Source of the DNA: Escherichia coli
GTDB taxonomy: Bacteria > Pseudomonadota > Gammaproteobacteria > Enterobacterales > Enterobacteriaceae
Reading direction: 5' to 3' (one strand)
DNA: 64,000 bases
Assembly (NCBI RefSeq): GCF_030013595.1
Contig: NZ_CP122768.1
Position 1 is the stretch's first letter; each line of letters starts with the position of its first letter. Below are positions 1 through 15,655 of this stretch, piece by piece. The notes beneath the pieces are model-generated. The model was not told the DNA's origin. It was given only the letters and a program-made list of their open reading frames with translations, and made no database searches. The translations under genes were made by a program, and so were the position numbers.

Positions 1-618
1 GAGAAATTCTTTTCCGCGGGCTGGGATTTAAAAGCGGCAGCAGAAGGCGAAGCACCGGATGCTGACTTTGGCCCGGGAGGTTTTGCGGGATTAACCGAAA
101 TTTTCAATCTCGACAAACCGGTTATCGCCGCTGTGAACGGCTATGCCTTTGGCGGCGGCTTTGAACTGGCGCTGGCGGCAGATTTTATTGTTTGTGCCGA
201 TAACGCCAGCTTCGCCCTACCGGAAGCCAAACTGGGCATCGTTCCTGACAGCGGCGGCGTGCTGCGTCTGCCGAAGATCCTGCCGCCTGCCATCGTCAAT
301 GAAATGGTGATGACCGGCAGACGAATGGGCGCAGAAGAGGCGCTGCGTTGGGGGGTAGTCAACCGCGTGGTTAGCCAGGCGGAACTGATGGATAACGCCC
401 GCGAACTGGCGCAGCAGCTGGTTAACAGCGCTCCGCTGGCGATTGCGGCGCTGAAAGAGATCTACCGCACCACCAGCGAAATGCCGGTAGAAGAAGCGTA
501 TCGCTATATTCGCAGCGGCGTGTTGAAACACTATCCGTCGGTTCTGCATTCGGAAGATGCCATTGAAGGGCCGCTGGCGTTTGCCGAGAAGCGCGATCCG
601 GTGTGGAAAGGACGTTAA
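1..618 (+). CDS. caiD: crotonobetainyl-CoA hydratase (crotonase family), 5' end cut by window edge
   Basis: Frame 1 is open from nt 1 ([30 protein letters not shown]...) and runs into the listed 133..618 ORF. Crotonase signature [20 protein letters not shown]. caiE and caiF follow, as in the E. coli cai locus. Confidence 0.9.
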   Translation, partial: EKFFSAGWDLKAAAEGEAPDADFGPGGFAGLTEIFNLDKPVIAAVNGYAFGGGFELALAADFIVCADNASFALPEAKLGIVPDSGGVLRLPKILPPAIVNEMVMTGRRMGAEEALRWGVVNRVVSQAELMDNARELAQQLVNSAPLAIAALKEIYRTTSEMPVEEAYRYIRSGVLKHYPSVLHSEDAIEGPLAFAEKRDPVWKGR

Positions 619-623
619 CAACC

Positions 624-1214
624 GTGAGCTATTACGCCTTTGAGGGGTTAATTCCGGTGGTTCACCCGACGGCGTTTGTCCATCCCAGTGCCGTCTTGAT
701 TGGCGATGTGATTGTGGGAGCCGGTGTCTACATCGGCCCACTCGCCTCACTGCGTGGTGACTACGGGCGGTTGATCGTGCAAGCGGGAGCCAATATTCAG
801 GATGGCTGCATTATGCATGGCTACTGCGACACTGACACCATCGTTGGGGAAAACGGCCATATCGGGCACGGAGCGATCCTGCATGGTTGTGTGATTGGTC
901 GCGATGCACTGGTCGGGATGAACAGCGTGATTATGGATGGCGCGGTCATTGGCGAAGAGAGCATTGTTGCCGCTATGAGCTTTGTCAAAGCGGGCTTTCG
1001 CGGCGAGAAACGCCAGTTGTTGATGGGTACGCCAGCCCGCGCTGTACGCAGCGTGAGTGACGACGAGTTACACTGGAAACGGTTGAATACCAAAGAGTAT
1101 CAGGATCTTGTCGGGCGCTGTCATGCATCATTACATGAAACGCAGCCACTGAGGAAAATGGAGGAAAATCGCCCCCGTTTGCAGGGGACGACGGATGTGA
1201 CGCCGAAACGGTGA
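624..1214 (+). CDS. caiE: carnitine operon protein CaiE (hexapeptide-repeat / left-handed beta-helix family)
   Basis: GTG at 624 gives [18 protein letters not shown]..., 196 aa. Hexapeptide-repeat pattern ([33 protein letters not shown]). The listed ORF start at 603 overlaps the caiD stop. Confidence 0.85.
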   Translation: MSYYAFEGLIPVVHPTAFVHPSAVLIGDVIVGAGVYIGPLASLRGDYGRLIVQAGANIQDGCIMHGYCDTDTIVGENGHIGHGAILHGCVIGRDALVGMNSVIMDGAVIGEESIVAAMSFVKAGFRGEKRQLLMGTPARAVRSVSDDELHWKRLNTKEYQDLVGRCHASLHETQPLRKMEENRPRLQGTTDVTPKR

Positions 1215-1216
1215 TC

Positions 1217-1305
1217 TTTCCGGATGCGGCGTAAACGCCTTATCCGACCTGGCTGGAAAGGAACCGTAGGCCGTATAAGATGCGCCAGCATCGCATCCGG
1301 CGACC
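1217..1305. repeat. two REP units (BIME-like) between caiE and caiF
   Basis: ccggatgcggcgtaaacgccttatccg and gcgccagcatcgcatccggcg are typical E. coli REP palindromes in a convergent intergenic spacer. Confidence 0.8.
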
Positions 1306-1332
1306 AGGTCGCACGGTATCAACGAAACGACA

Positions 1333-1728
1333 TTAACGACGCATACTCTTTGACAACATCATCTGCCACTTCTGCTCGCGGTTAAGTTCCGTGAGCGGAA
1401 CGGCAGGAATACGCGGCGTCTTTCTTACGCCGACTAATTTTTCCCGACTGTTATTGCGCAGGCGCGCGTAAATTTGCTCATCGATATCGACCACTTTACC
1501 CAGTCGCTGACACTGGCATCCCCGCCCTTCCAGCTTATTAGGGATCATCTTAACTTCGCAGCTTATTTCTGTGACTTCCGACAGAATATAAGTCAGGGTA
1601 TTAACCGCCTTGCTGTGTTCAATATCGAAATGAATAGAGATCTCTCTTGCTATCACCCACCGATTTTCAGCCATCATCCATTCGGCGATTAACAAGTAGA
1701 GTGGTTTTTCAACATATCCTTCACACAT
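1333..1728 (-). CDS. caiF: transcriptional activator of the cai/fix operons
   Basis: An internal Met of the listed 1333..1833 ORF gives MCEGYVEKPLYLLIAEWMMAENRWVIAREI..., 131 aa. This matches my recollection of CaiF and its position next to caiE. Confidence 0.85.
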   Translation of the reverse strand: MCEGYVEKPLYLLIAEWMMAENRWVIAREISIHFDIEHSKAVNTLTYILSEVTEISCEVKMIPNKLEGRGCQCQRLGKVVDIDEQIYARLRNNSREKLVGVRKTPRIPAVPLTELNREQKWQMMLSKSMRR

Positions 1729-1988
1729 ACGAACTCCAGTTTCACAAATTAAAAGTCTGGCTATGACTCGTTTTGAAGCAATTAAACAAGGCCATATTAA
1801 AATTGTGGATATATCGATAGTATGCAACTTCACCGTCGATAAGTGTGAGCTAAATCCTGCTTATGTCATCAAAAATATCGATTCCCCAAAAGATTTACTT
1901 AATGGGCAAAAAAAACGGTCCTCATCAGAGAACCGTATTAGTTATTCGATCAAATTAGCGGATGAAAAATATCCGCCATGACACGCTA

Positions 1989-5207
<3,219 letters not shown>

Positions 5208-5224
5208 GGCTCTTTTACTCCTGA

Positions 5225-6373
5225 TTACTTAGCGGTTTTACGGTACTGCTCAATTAACTCGATAAAGTGGTCGAACAACGGCGCTGCGTCGTGTGGCCCA
5301 GGGCTGGCTTCCGGGTGACCCTGGAAGCTGAACGCCGGTTTATCGGTGCGATGAATGCCCTGTAACGTACCGTCGAACAGGGATTTATGCGTGACACGCA
5401 GGTTTGCAGGTAATGTTGCTTCATCCACCGCAAAACCGTGGTTCTGGGCGGTGATCATCACCACGTTTTTCTCCACATCTTTAACCGGATGGTTGCCGCC
5501 GTGGTGACCAAATTTCATTTTGACAGTCTTCGCACCGCTCGCCAGCGCCAGCAGCTGATGACCGAGACAGATGCCGAAGACCGGAATATCGGTTTCGAGG
5601 AATTTCTGGATGGCGGTAATGGCGTAATCGCACGGGGCCGGGTCGCCAGGACCGTTGGAGAGGAAGATGCCGTCTGGATTCATTTTCAACACATCTTCCG
5701 CAGAAGTTTGCGCCGGAACGATGGTCAGACGGCAGCCTCTATCCACCAACATGCGCAGGATGTTGCGCTTGGCACCAAAATCATAAGCCACAACATGGAA
5801 CGGCAGCTCGTCTTCTTTCTTCGCTTCTGGCAGGCCGCCGGTCAGCGTCCAGCTCCCTTGTGTCCAGCTATACGTTTCTGCGGTGGTCACTTCTTTTGCC
5901 AGATCCATGCCGTTCAGACCTGGGAACGCGCGGGCTTTTTCTAATGCCAGCGCCGCATCCGGGTTATCGCCTGCGATAATGCAGCCATTCTGTGCGCCTT
6001 TCTCGCGCAGTAAACGCGTCAGCTTACGGGTATCGATATCAGCAATCGCCACGATGTTATGGCGCTTCAGATAAGAAGAGAGGTCTTCGGTATTACGGAA
6101 GTTGCTGGCAATCAGCGGCAGGTCGCGAATCACCAGACCTTGTGCATGTACCTGAGAAGATTCTTCATCGGCGTCATTAGTGCCGACATTGCCAATATGG
6201 GGATAAGTAAGAGTAACGATTTGACGAGAATAGGAAGGATCAGTGAGGATTTCTTGATAACCGGTCATTGAAGTATTGAAAACGACTTCCCCAACCGCCG
6301 AACCTGTTGCCCCTATGGCCCGACCGTGAAACTGGGTTCCGTCTTCCAGAACCAATAGCGCTGACTTAATCAA
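5225..6373 (-). CDS. carA: carbamoyl-phosphate synthase small (glutamine amidotransferase) subunit
   Basis: [21 protein letters not shown]...GICLGHQLL (class I GATase Cys). A TTG start at 6373 gives 382 aa, and carA is known to use UUG. The listed ORF start at 6400 is upstream. Confidence 0.93.
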   Translation of the reverse strand: MIKSALLVLEDGTQFHGRAIGATGSAVGEVVFNTSMTGYQEILTDPSYSRQIVTLTYPHIGNVGTNDADEESSQVHAQGLVIRDLPLIASNFRNTEDLSSYLKRHNIVAIADIDTRKLTRLLREKGAQNGCIIAGDNPDAALALEKARAFPGLNGMDLAKEVTTAETYSWTQGSWTLTGGLPEAKKEDELPFHVVAYDFGAKRNILRMLVDRGCRLTIVPAQTSAEDVLKMNPDGIFLSNGPGDPAPCDYAITAIQKFLETDIPVFGICLGHQLLALASGAKTVKMKFGHHGGNHPVKDVEKNVVMITAQNHGFAVDEATLPANLRVTHKSLFDGTLQGIHRTDKPAFSFQGHPEASPGPHDAAPLFDHFIELIEQYRKTAK

Positions 6374-6384
6374 AACACCCTCCA

Positions 6385-6420
6385 GAGAATATTCACTCAC
6401 TTTATTTGCATATTAATTCA
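6385..6420 (-). promoter_or_regulatory. tandem ARG boxes (ArgR operator) at carAB P2
   Basis: The minus strand reads TGAATTAATATGCAAATA AAGTGAGTGAATATTCTC just upstream of the carA start. Each 18-mer resembles the TGAAT-N4-ATTCA ARG box. Confidence 0.6.
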
Positions 6421-6594
6421 CAATGATGACGTAAATCAATGCAAATCTGCTTACCGACGAATTTCTGGCAAACGGCGGCATTCTGGAGATATGGGCGCTA
6501 AAAGTCAACTTAATGGCGGGATTTTTTATATTATTTTGTGGCTCATGCATGTTTTACAGGCATTAAGCGACAAAAAGATCATATAACATGTTCT

Positions 6595-6610
6595 GGAAAA
6601 CGCTTGCGCA
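6595..6610. promoter_or_regulatory. PurR-box-like site in carAB upstream control region
   Basis: ggaaaacgcttgcgca resembles the PurR operator half-palindrome pair (aGGAAAACGtTTGCGt). carAB P1 is known to be purine/pyrimidine regulated. Confidence 0.45.
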
Positions 6611-6649
6611 GCAAGAAGATTGCATGAAATAAAAATGAGCAGAAAAAAG

Positions 6650-6665
6650 TGGACCAGATGGTCAA
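6650..6665. promoter_or_regulatory. RutR-box-like palindrome upstream of carAB P1
   Basis: tggaccagatggtcaa equals TTGACCATCTGGTCCA on the other strand, close to the TTGACCAnnTGGTCAA RutR consensus. Confidence 0.55.
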
Positions 6666-6828
6666 AATTTACATTAAAACAACAAAAACAGAAGACAAAA
6701 CATGTAATTTTCAGCACTTGCATTAAATTTAAAAGCATAACACCAAAAATAAAAGGGCCAAAAATTAAAGCCCTTTATATTCAATGCATTAAATGTGTTA
6801 TTTTTGCATCACTATAAATATTTTGTGG

Positions 6829-7665
<837 letters not shown>

Positions 7666-7816
7666 TTAATTTGCATAGACCGTTTTCAGAGTAACCAGCG
7701 CATCGCTACGCCGCCAGCCAAAAACGCTGATAATTAGAAATTAATGATAAACAGGGAGGGATATCAGTGAAAGGCATGAGTCGATGAATGACTGCATGCC
7801 GATAACATGTGACAGG

Positions 7817-8731
7817 TTACGGCACCAGAGCCAGCACCTCAGCTACCCACTGCTGGAAGCCTTTTACATTCAGATCCAATGCCACCTGTACATTGGCTGG
7901 TTTGCCCAGGCAACCGTCGATATCAACCACCGTCGTGCCTGAGGTAAATTCGCCTTGAGTTTCTACCGCGACAAAACACGGCTTGAGAGTGAACAGGTCC
8001 GGGCGCACCAGCCAGGCGATGGCGCAGAGATCGTGCATTCGCAGACCGCTTTGCATACTGCCGCTACGGTAGTGGCTAAACAGGGCGTGGAGCATTTTTC
8101 CGGTGCGATTCAACTCCGGCAAAGTAACGAGATAGTCAGGGGTTAATATTGCCTGATTGGTGACATCCAGACCGCACATGACAATTTCGATGCCGCTACG
8201 GAAGACACAGGCTGCCGCTTCTGGATCGGCAGCGATATTAAACTCGGCGTTTGGTGTGCAGTTGCCGCGACCAGCAGAACCGCCCATGATCACCAGACGG
8301 CGAATATACGGCTTACATTCCGGGCATTGTGAAAGTAACAGCGCAATATTGGTTAACGGGCCGATGGCCACCAGGGTAACGGGCTCTGGCGCACGCATCA
8401 GGGCATCACGAATTGCCAGAAACGCCGGTATACCCAGTGGCTTACGGTTGTGTTCAACAAAGTCATAGCCAGCCATTCCCGATTCACCGTGTACAGATGC
8501 CGCATCGCGCGGCGCACGAACCAGTGGTACGGCAGCGCCCTGGGCAAGCGGAATATCCACATTCCAGAAATGCAGCAGTTGCAGGGCGTTGCGGGTGGTT
8601 TTCTCAACCGAGACATTACCCGCGACGGTGGTCATCAGTTGCAGGTCGAGTTCGGGGGCAAAAATCGCGGCAGCAATGGCGACGGCATCGTCAATGCCGG
8701 GGTCTGTATCGAGGAAGATAGGTAAACGCAT
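7817..8731 (-). CDS. rihC: non-specific ribonucleoside hydrolase
   Basis: 304-aa [22 protein letters not shown]... carrying the nucleoside hydrolase DTDPGIDD motif. Confidence 0.93.
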   Translation of the reverse strand: MRLPIFLDTDPGIDDAVAIAAAIFAPELDLQLMTTVAGNVSVEKTTRNALQLLHFWNVDIPLAQGAAVPLVRAPRDAASVHGESGMAGYDFVEHNRKPLGIPAFLAIRDALMRAPEPVTLVAIGPLTNIALLLSQCPECKPYIRRLVIMGGSAGRGNCTPNAEFNIAADPEAAACVFRSGIEIVMCGLDVTNQAILTPDYLVTLPELNRTGKMLHALFSHYRSGSMQSGLRMHDLCAIAWLVRPDLFTLKPCFVAVETQGEFTSGTTVVDIDGCLGKPANVQVALDLNVKGFQQWVAEVLALVP

Positions 8732-8796
8732 GTTTTCTCCATAAAAAATGCCGGTAACAAGACCGGCATTTTCGCATAACTTAGGCTGCTACTGAC

Positions 8797-9747
8797 TTAA
8801 TCGACTTCACGAATATCGACACGCAGCTCTTTCGGCACTTCGAAAACAATATTTTCTTCACGGCCTTCCAGCGGAATGGCTTCACCACCGCCCAGCTGTT
8901 GCAAACGTGCCACCACATTCTGCACCAGAATATCCGGAGCCGATGCGCCCGCAGTCACGCCGACGCATTTAACCTCTTTCACCCACTCTTCCTGGATATC
9001 TTTCGCATCGTCAATCAAAAACGCGCGTTTGCCCATACGCTGGGCCAGCTCAGCCAGACGGTTGGAGTTGGAGGAGTTTTTCGAACCGACCACCAGCACC
9101 ACTTCCGCCTGTTCTGCCAGGGCGCGTACTGCTTCCTGACGGTTAGTCGTGGCGTAGCAGATGTCATCTTTGCGCGGACCGACAATTTTCGGGAAGCGTT
9201 TACGCAGCGCGTCGATCACATCAGACGTGTCATCCACCGACAGCGTGGTTTGGGTCATAAAGGAGAGTTTCTCTTCGTTTTTAACCGTCAGTTTCCACAC
9301 ATCGTCTGGCGATTCGACCAGATACATTCCCCCTTCCGGGTTGCTGTACTGACCCATCGTCCCTTCCACTTCCGGGTGCCCGGCGTGACCGATGAGAATA
9401 GATTCTTCGCCACGGCGGCTGGCGCGGGCGACTTCCATATGCACTTTGGTCACCAGCGGACAGGTTGCATCAAACACCGTCAAATCGCGGCTTTTTGCTT
9501 CGTTACGTACCGCCTGAGAAACACCGTGTGCGGAGAAAATCAGGATCGCGCCGTCCGGTACTTCGCTAATCTGCTCAATAAAGATAGCCCCACGCTCGCG
9601 CAGGCTATCGACCACGTAGCGGTTATGCACCACTTCGTGACGGACATATATCGGTGCGCCGTAAATGGCCAGCGCGTTTTCAACAATGCTGATAGCGCGG
9701 TCTACCCCGGCACAAAAACCACGCGGGTTGGCCAACAGGATCTGCAT
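8797..9747 (-). CDS. ispH: 4-hydroxy-3-methylbut-2-enyl diphosphate reductase
   Basis: An internal Met gives [23 protein letters not shown]..., 316 aa. The start lies 2 nt after the fkpB stop. Confidence 0.95.
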
Positions 9748-9748
9748 G

Positions 9749-10198
9749 TTACGCCTCCAGTGCCGGATCGATTTCCAGCACTTCAATATCAAAATGAACG
9801 GTCTGCCCGGCCAGCGGATGGTTGAAATCAACGGTAATGGAGTCGCCGTTAATTTCGCGGATCACGCCAGGCATCTCACTGCCATCCATTGCGGTAAAAA
9901 GCATGATTGCGCCAATTTCTGGCTCGCCTGCATCCATAAATTCACGGCGGGAGAAGTACTGAATCAGGTCCGGTGACGGCACGCCAAACGCCGCATCGGG
10001 CTCCAGCGTGAAAGTGGTTTTATCGCCCACTTTCAGCCCCAGCAGGTGTTGCTCCAGCCCTTCAGAAAGAGAAGCATCGCCCAGGCGGAATAGCGCCGGT
10101 TTACCGTTGTTGCGGGTAGACTCGGCGGTGGTGCCATCGTCGAGTTTTAGCGTGAAATGCACCAGGACGGCGCTATTGCTCTGTACAGATTCAGACAT
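9749..10198 (-). CDS. fkpB: FKBP-type peptidyl-prolyl cis-trans isomerase
   Basis: 149-aa [32 protein letters not shown]..., in the lspA-fkpB-ispH order. Confidence 0.93.
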
Positions 10199-10228
10199 GC
10201 AGGTTTGCTCTTATATTTTGAGGATTTT

Positions 10229-10279
10229 TGCCGGATGCGGTCTACGATTTCGCAGCAATCTGTAGGCCGCATCCGGCAG
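10229..10279. repeat. REP-like palindrome between lspA and fkpB
   Basis: tgccggatgcgg...ctgtaggccgcatccggca forms a long hairpin made of REP consensus arms. Confidence 0.7.
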
Positions 10280-10285
10280 GGTTTA

Positions 10286-10780
10286 TTATTGTTTTTTCGC
10301 TTTAGAAGGTAAAAAACCTTCCAGCACAATCAGTGCCGCACCGACACAGATGGCAGTATCGGCAAGGTTGAAGGTGGCGAAGTGCCAGTCGCCGACGTAG
10401 AAGTCGATCATATCGACAACGAAGCCGTGCCACAGGCGGTCGAACAGGTTGCCCAGTGCGCCGCCAATAATCAGCGCGTAAGCGATATTGTTTAGCTTCT
10501 GCGTGGCCTTCGAGCGATACATCATCACTGCCAGGATCACGCTAATACCAATCGCAATACCGGCAAAGAACCAACGCTGCCAGCCGCCGCTATCGGCAAG
10601 GAAACTAAACGCCGCGCCATAGTTACGCGCATAATGCAGATTAAGCGACGGGAACAGCGGGACCGTATCCCCCAGAGCAAAGTTCTGGAGGATCAGGTAT
10701 TTGCTGCCCAGATCGATAATCAGCACGACTACCACCAGCCACAGCCAGCGTAGCCCTGTTGAACAGATCGATTGACTCAT
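10286..10780 (-). CDS. lspA: lipoprotein signal peptidase (signal peptidase II)
   Basis: 164-aa polytopic membrane [30 protein letters not shown].... Its start overlaps the ileS stop by 1 nt. Confidence 0.95.
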
Positions 10781-13596
10781 CAGGCAAACTTACGTTTTTC
10801 ACCGTCACCGGCGACGTTGCTGACACAGCGGCCGCAGATTTCTGCGTGTTCCGCTACCTTGCCGACATCCTGGGTGTAGTGCCAGCAACGTGGGCACTTC
10901 TCACCTTCGGCTTTACTCAACGCGACTTTCAGCCCTTTGAGTACTTCGCTCTGCTGGGCATCAGCAGGTGCGTCGTTATAGTCTGCAACGGTAGCGCCGG
11001 AGGTCAACAGGACAAATCGTAATTCATCGCCCAGCGCGGTCAGTTTCGCCGCCAGTTCCGGTTCTGCATACAAGGTTACTGCCGCTTCCAGCGAGCCACC
11101 CACTTTCTTGTCGGCACGCGCTTGCTCAATAACTTTGTTCACTTCGCCACGCACTTTCAACAGCTCGTCCCAGAACGCATCGTTCATCGCTTCACTGTCT
11201 GCCAGACCAAACAGGCCTTCGTACCACTCACCGGTGAAGACGTATTTTTCACGTTCACCCGGCAGGTAGCCCCACACTTCATCAGCGGTGAAGGAGAGGA
11301 TTGGTGCCATCCAGCGCACCAGCGCTTCCGCGATGTGATACAGCGCTGTCTGGCAGCTACGACGCGCCACACTGTCCGCTTTGGCGGTGTACTGACGGTC
11401 TTTGATGATGTCGAGGTAGAAGGAACCCATCTCAACGGAGCAGAAGCGCATCAGACGCTGTACCACTTCGTGGAAATCGTATGCTTCGTACGCCTTGAGG
11501 ATGTCTTCCTGTGCCGCTTTCGCACAACCTACGGCCCAGCGATCCAGTACCACCATCTCTTCCGGTTTCACCATATCTTTTGCCGGATCAAAACCGTTCA
11601 GGTTTGCCAGCAGGAAGCGCGCGGTGTTACGGATACGACGATAGCTGTCGGCAGCACGTTTCAGGATCTCGTCAGAAACGGCCATTTCACCGGTGTAGTC
11701 AGTTGATGCCACCCACAGACGCAGAATATCCGCGCCCAGTTTGTTCATCACATCCTGCGGCGAAACGGTGTTGCCGATGGATTTAGACATCTTGCGGCCC
11801 TGACCATCCACGGTAAAGCCGTGGGTCAGTACCTGACGATACGGTGCTTTGCCCTTCATCGCGGTAGAGATCATCAGAGAGGACATGAACCAGCCACGGT
11901 GCTGGTCTGAACCTTCCAGATACATGTCCGCAGCGTGACCGGCAAATTCCGGACGCACGTCAACAACGGAAGAGTGGGTAGATCCGGAGTCAAACCATAC
12001 GTCGAGAGTATCCGGCACTTTCACGTACTGATCAGCTTCATCGCCGAGGATCTCTTTCGCATCGAGATCCCACCACGCCTGGATGCCGTCAACTTCAACG
12101 CGTTTAGCCACTTCTTCCATCAGTTCGAGGGTACGCGGATGCAGCTCTTCCGTGTCTTTATGCACGAACAGTGACATCGGTACGCCCCAGGTGCGCTGAC
12201 GGGAGATACACCAGTCAGGACGGTTAGCAACCATCGACTCGATACGCGCCTGGCCCCAGTCCGGGATCCACTGCACGCCTTTGATCTCTTTCAGTGACTG
12301 CGCACGCAGACCTTTCTGATCCATGCTGACGAACCACTGCGGCGTCGCGCGGAAGATGATCGGCGTTTTGTGACGCCAGCAGCACGGATAGCTGTGCTGC
12401 ATTTTCTCAACGTGCAACAGCGCGCCTTTTTCCTGCAGCAGCGCAACAACGATGTCGTTCGCTTTGAAAACGTTCACGCCATCCAGCGTCGGGTAAGTAC
12501 CCGGCAGATAAGTGCCGTCCGGGCCAACCGGGTTAGCGGTTTCCAGGCCGTATTTCTGACCGATCACATAGTCGTCCGGGCCGTGGCCAGGCGCGGTGTG
12601 AACGGCACCGGTACCGGCATCCAGGGTAACGTGATCGCCGAGGATTGCCGGAACGTCGAAGCCCATAAACGGATGGGTAAAGCGCAGCAGCTCAAGCTCC
12701 GCACCTTTTACCGTGCCGAGAATGGTGTAATCGGTCACGCCGATACGCTGCATTACGCTTTCAACCAGATCTTTCGCCAGAATCACGGCCTGACCGTCGA
12801 TCTGCACCAGCGCATAGTCGAAATCAGGTGCAATAGAGATTGCGCGGTTGGCAGGCAGAGTCCACGGCGTAGTGGTCCAGATCACCAGCGAGATTGGGCC
12901 GTTAACGTTGCTTACGGCAAATTTTGCTTTCAGTGCATCCTGATCGACCGCCTGGAAAGCAACGTCAATGGACGGAGAAGTTTTGTCGTAATACTCAACT
13001 TCCGCTTCCGCCAGCGCAGAACGGCAGTCAACGCACCAGTGTACCGGCTTCGCGCCTTTGTGCAGGTGACCGTTGCCGATGATTTTGCCCAGCGCGCGGA
13101 TGATATTAGCTTCAGTTTTGAAATCCATGGTCAGGTACGGGTGGGACCAGTCGCCCAGCACGCCCAGACGGATAAAGTCTTTGCGCTGACCGTCAACCTG
13201 GGTCGCCGCGTATTCGCGGCACTTGGCGCGGAACTCAGCGGCGGTGAATTTCTCACCCGGCTTACCGTATTCTTGTTCTACTTTCAGCTCGATCGGCAGA
13301 CCGTGGCAGTCCCAGCCAGGCACATACGGCGAGTCATAACCGGAAAGCCCTTTGGACTTCACGATAATGTCTTTCAGAATCTTGTTAACCGAGTGACCAA
13401 TATGAATGCTGCCATTCGCATAAGGAGGGCCATCATGCAGAATGAAGGTTTTTTTGCCTTTTTTAGCCGCACGGATGATGCCGTACAGATCATCATCAGT
13501 CCAACGCGCCAGCATTCCCGGTTCGCGCTTGGCGAGATCGCCACGCATCGGGAACCCTGTTTCCGGCAAATTCAGGGTTGATTTATAGTCACTCAT
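10780..13596 (-). CDS. ileS: isoleucyl-tRNA synthetase
   Basis: 938-aa ORF with class I HIGH ([11 protein letters not shown]) and KMSKS motifs and a C-terminal Zn-binding Cys cluster. Confidence 0.97.
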
Positions 13597-13638
13597 CAGA
13601 TTCTCGGTTCCGTATTTCGGTTTGATTACATAACAGGC

Positions 13639-14580
13639 TTAAGCCGGTTTTGTTAGCCCAAAAAATTCGCGGGCGGTTAATTCATCACGCGCAATCTGCG
13701 CTTTCAGTTCGTCCAGCGACGCAAATCGCTGCTCATTGCGTATTTTTTTACGCAGCACTACTTGTATATGGCGACCGTAAAGGTCCATTGCAACATCTAA
13801 CAAATGCACTTCCAGCTGCTGGCGAATACCGGCAACCGTTGGGCGTGTTCCGATGTTTGCCACGCCGGGTAACGGCTTTTCACCGAGGCCCAGCACTTCT
13901 ACCGCATAAACCCCTTTCACCGGGGAAACCTGACGGCGCAGCGGTACATTCGCCGTCGGGAAACCTATAGTGCGCCCTAATTCATCACCGTGGACTACAC
14001 GCCCGGAGATGGCAAACGGGTGCCCCAGTAAACTTTCTGCCAGAGCCAGATTGTCATCCGCAAGGGCCTGACGCACGGCGGTGCTGCTGATACGCACGCC
14101 ACCTTCGCAAAAAGTTTGCGTACTGGTGATATCGAAGCCGTATTCCATGCCAGCTTTCTGTAATAACAAGAAATCGCCTTCACGACCAGCGCCAAAGCGG
14201 AAATCATCCCCTACAGCAAGAAATTTTACGCGCAAATGCTTCACCAGAAGATCGCTGATGAAATTTTGCGCGGTTAACGCCGCGAAACGCCTGTCGAAAC
14301 GTACGCACAGCACGTAATCAACGCCACACTCTGCAAGGTAACGTAGTTTTTCCCGCAGCCGGGTCAGTCGTGCCGGGGCTTTATCGGTTGCAAACAGTTC
14401 CAGTGGTTGAGGTTCAAAAAGCATCACCATCACCGGTAAGTTGCGCTTGCGCCCTTCTTCCTGCAAGCCCTGTAACAGCGCGCGATGACCGCGATGCACG
14501 CCGTCGAAATTACCAATAGTCAGCACACACCCTTCTTGCGGGGCCTGGCTGAGATTATGTATGCCGCGTATCAGCTTCAT
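13639..14580 (-). CDS. ribF: bifunctional riboflavin kinase / FMN adenylyltransferase
   Basis: 313-aa ORF MKLIRGIHNLSQAPQEGCVLTIGNFDGVHRGH..., upstream of ileS. Confidence 0.95.
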   Translation of the reverse strand: MKLIRGIHNLSQAPQEGCVLTIGNFDGVHRGHRALLQGLQEEGRKRNLPVMVMLFEPQPLELFATDKAPARLTRLREKLRYLAECGVDYVLCVRFDRRFAALTAQNFISDLLVKHLRVKFLAVGDDFRFGAGREGDFLLLQKAGMEYGFDITSTQTFCEGGVRISSTAVRQALADDNLALAESLLGHPFAISGRVVHGDELGRTIGFPTANVPLRRQVSPVKGVYAVEVLGLGEKPLPGVANIGTRPTVAGIRQQLEVHLLDVAMDLYGRHIQVVLRKKIRNEQRFASLDELKAQIARDELTAREFFGLTKPA

Positions 14581-14587
14581 GTCTGGC

Positions 14588-14806
14588 TCAAAACAGTGAA
14601 AATCGTCCGAGTATACCTTGTACAGCGGTCAAGGTTAACCGGCGATTGAGTACCGAAATCAGAAAGAAGTGGCTTTTCATTGCCATGGCGCAAATCACGG
14701 GAAGAAACTGACCGCCTGCTGCAATTTTTATCGCGGAAAAGCTGTATTCACACCCCGCAAGCTGGTAGAATCCTGCGCCATCACTACGTAACGAGTGCCG
14801 GCACAT
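14588..14806 (-). CDS. yaaY: small uncharacterised protein YaaY
   Basis: 72-aa ORF MCRHSLRSDGAGFYQLAGCEYSF... matches my recollection of K-12 YaaY in position and sequence. Its function and expression are uncertain. Confidence 0.55.
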   Translation of the reverse strand: MCRHSLRSDGAGFYQLAGCEYSFSAIKIAAGGQFLPVICAMAMKSHFFLISVLNRRLTLTAVQGILGRFSLF

Positions 14807-14887
14807 TAACGGCGCTTATTTGCACAAATCCATTGACAAAAGAAGGCTAAAAGGGCATATTCCTCGGCCTTTGAATTGTCCATATAG

Positions 14888-15172
<285 letters not shown>

Positions 15173-15200
15173 TCGCCAATTTGCTGAAGCTTTGTGAAAA

Positions 15201-15223
15201 AGCCCGCGCAAGCGGGTTTTTTT
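15201..15223 (+). terminator. rho-independent terminator of rpsT
   Basis: agcccgcgcaagcgggt hairpin followed by a T7 run. Confidence 0.85.
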
Positions 15224-15655
15224 ATGCCTGCTGCTTTGTGATGTGTGAGAAAACACACTGCCGGTTGCCAGATAGTCAAAAGATGCTGGTTCTTGCAGAT
15301 ATGCAGTTACACTCTCTGGACTCTTCGTGGCTTAAGAATCGTAGAATCATCGGTTGATACATTCTGAATAAGAATATCTACTCAATCTTCAGACTCCCCC
15401 TACACAGAATGTGGAGATTGTGATACACATTGAGGTATTAAACTTAAGACCACTCTATTTTTGAATTAAATTCCTATACACTTTAACGATTCATAAATAT
15501 CTCCTTATTAGACCTTGTAAATTATTAACAGCAATCAACACAGGTTAACTACCTATTTATATTGTACTTCTTAAAATTAATGAGCGATTTTTGATAGTCC
15601 TCACATTCACTCATAAATTAAATTAAAAAAAATTCATCAACTTCAAGGACTGATA

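Noticed and set aside
12370-13581. Long ORFs antisense to highly expressed core genes. Examples: 403 aa opposite ileS, 308 aa opposite dnaK (32624..33550), 308 aa opposite ispH (8899..9825), 336 aa opposite carB (3459..4469), 286 aa opposite ettA (56433..57293).
   Set aside because: These are typical shadow ORFs produced by codon bias on the opposite strand of real genes. They have Arg/His/Phe-rich low-complexity translations, no RBS and no independent evidence.
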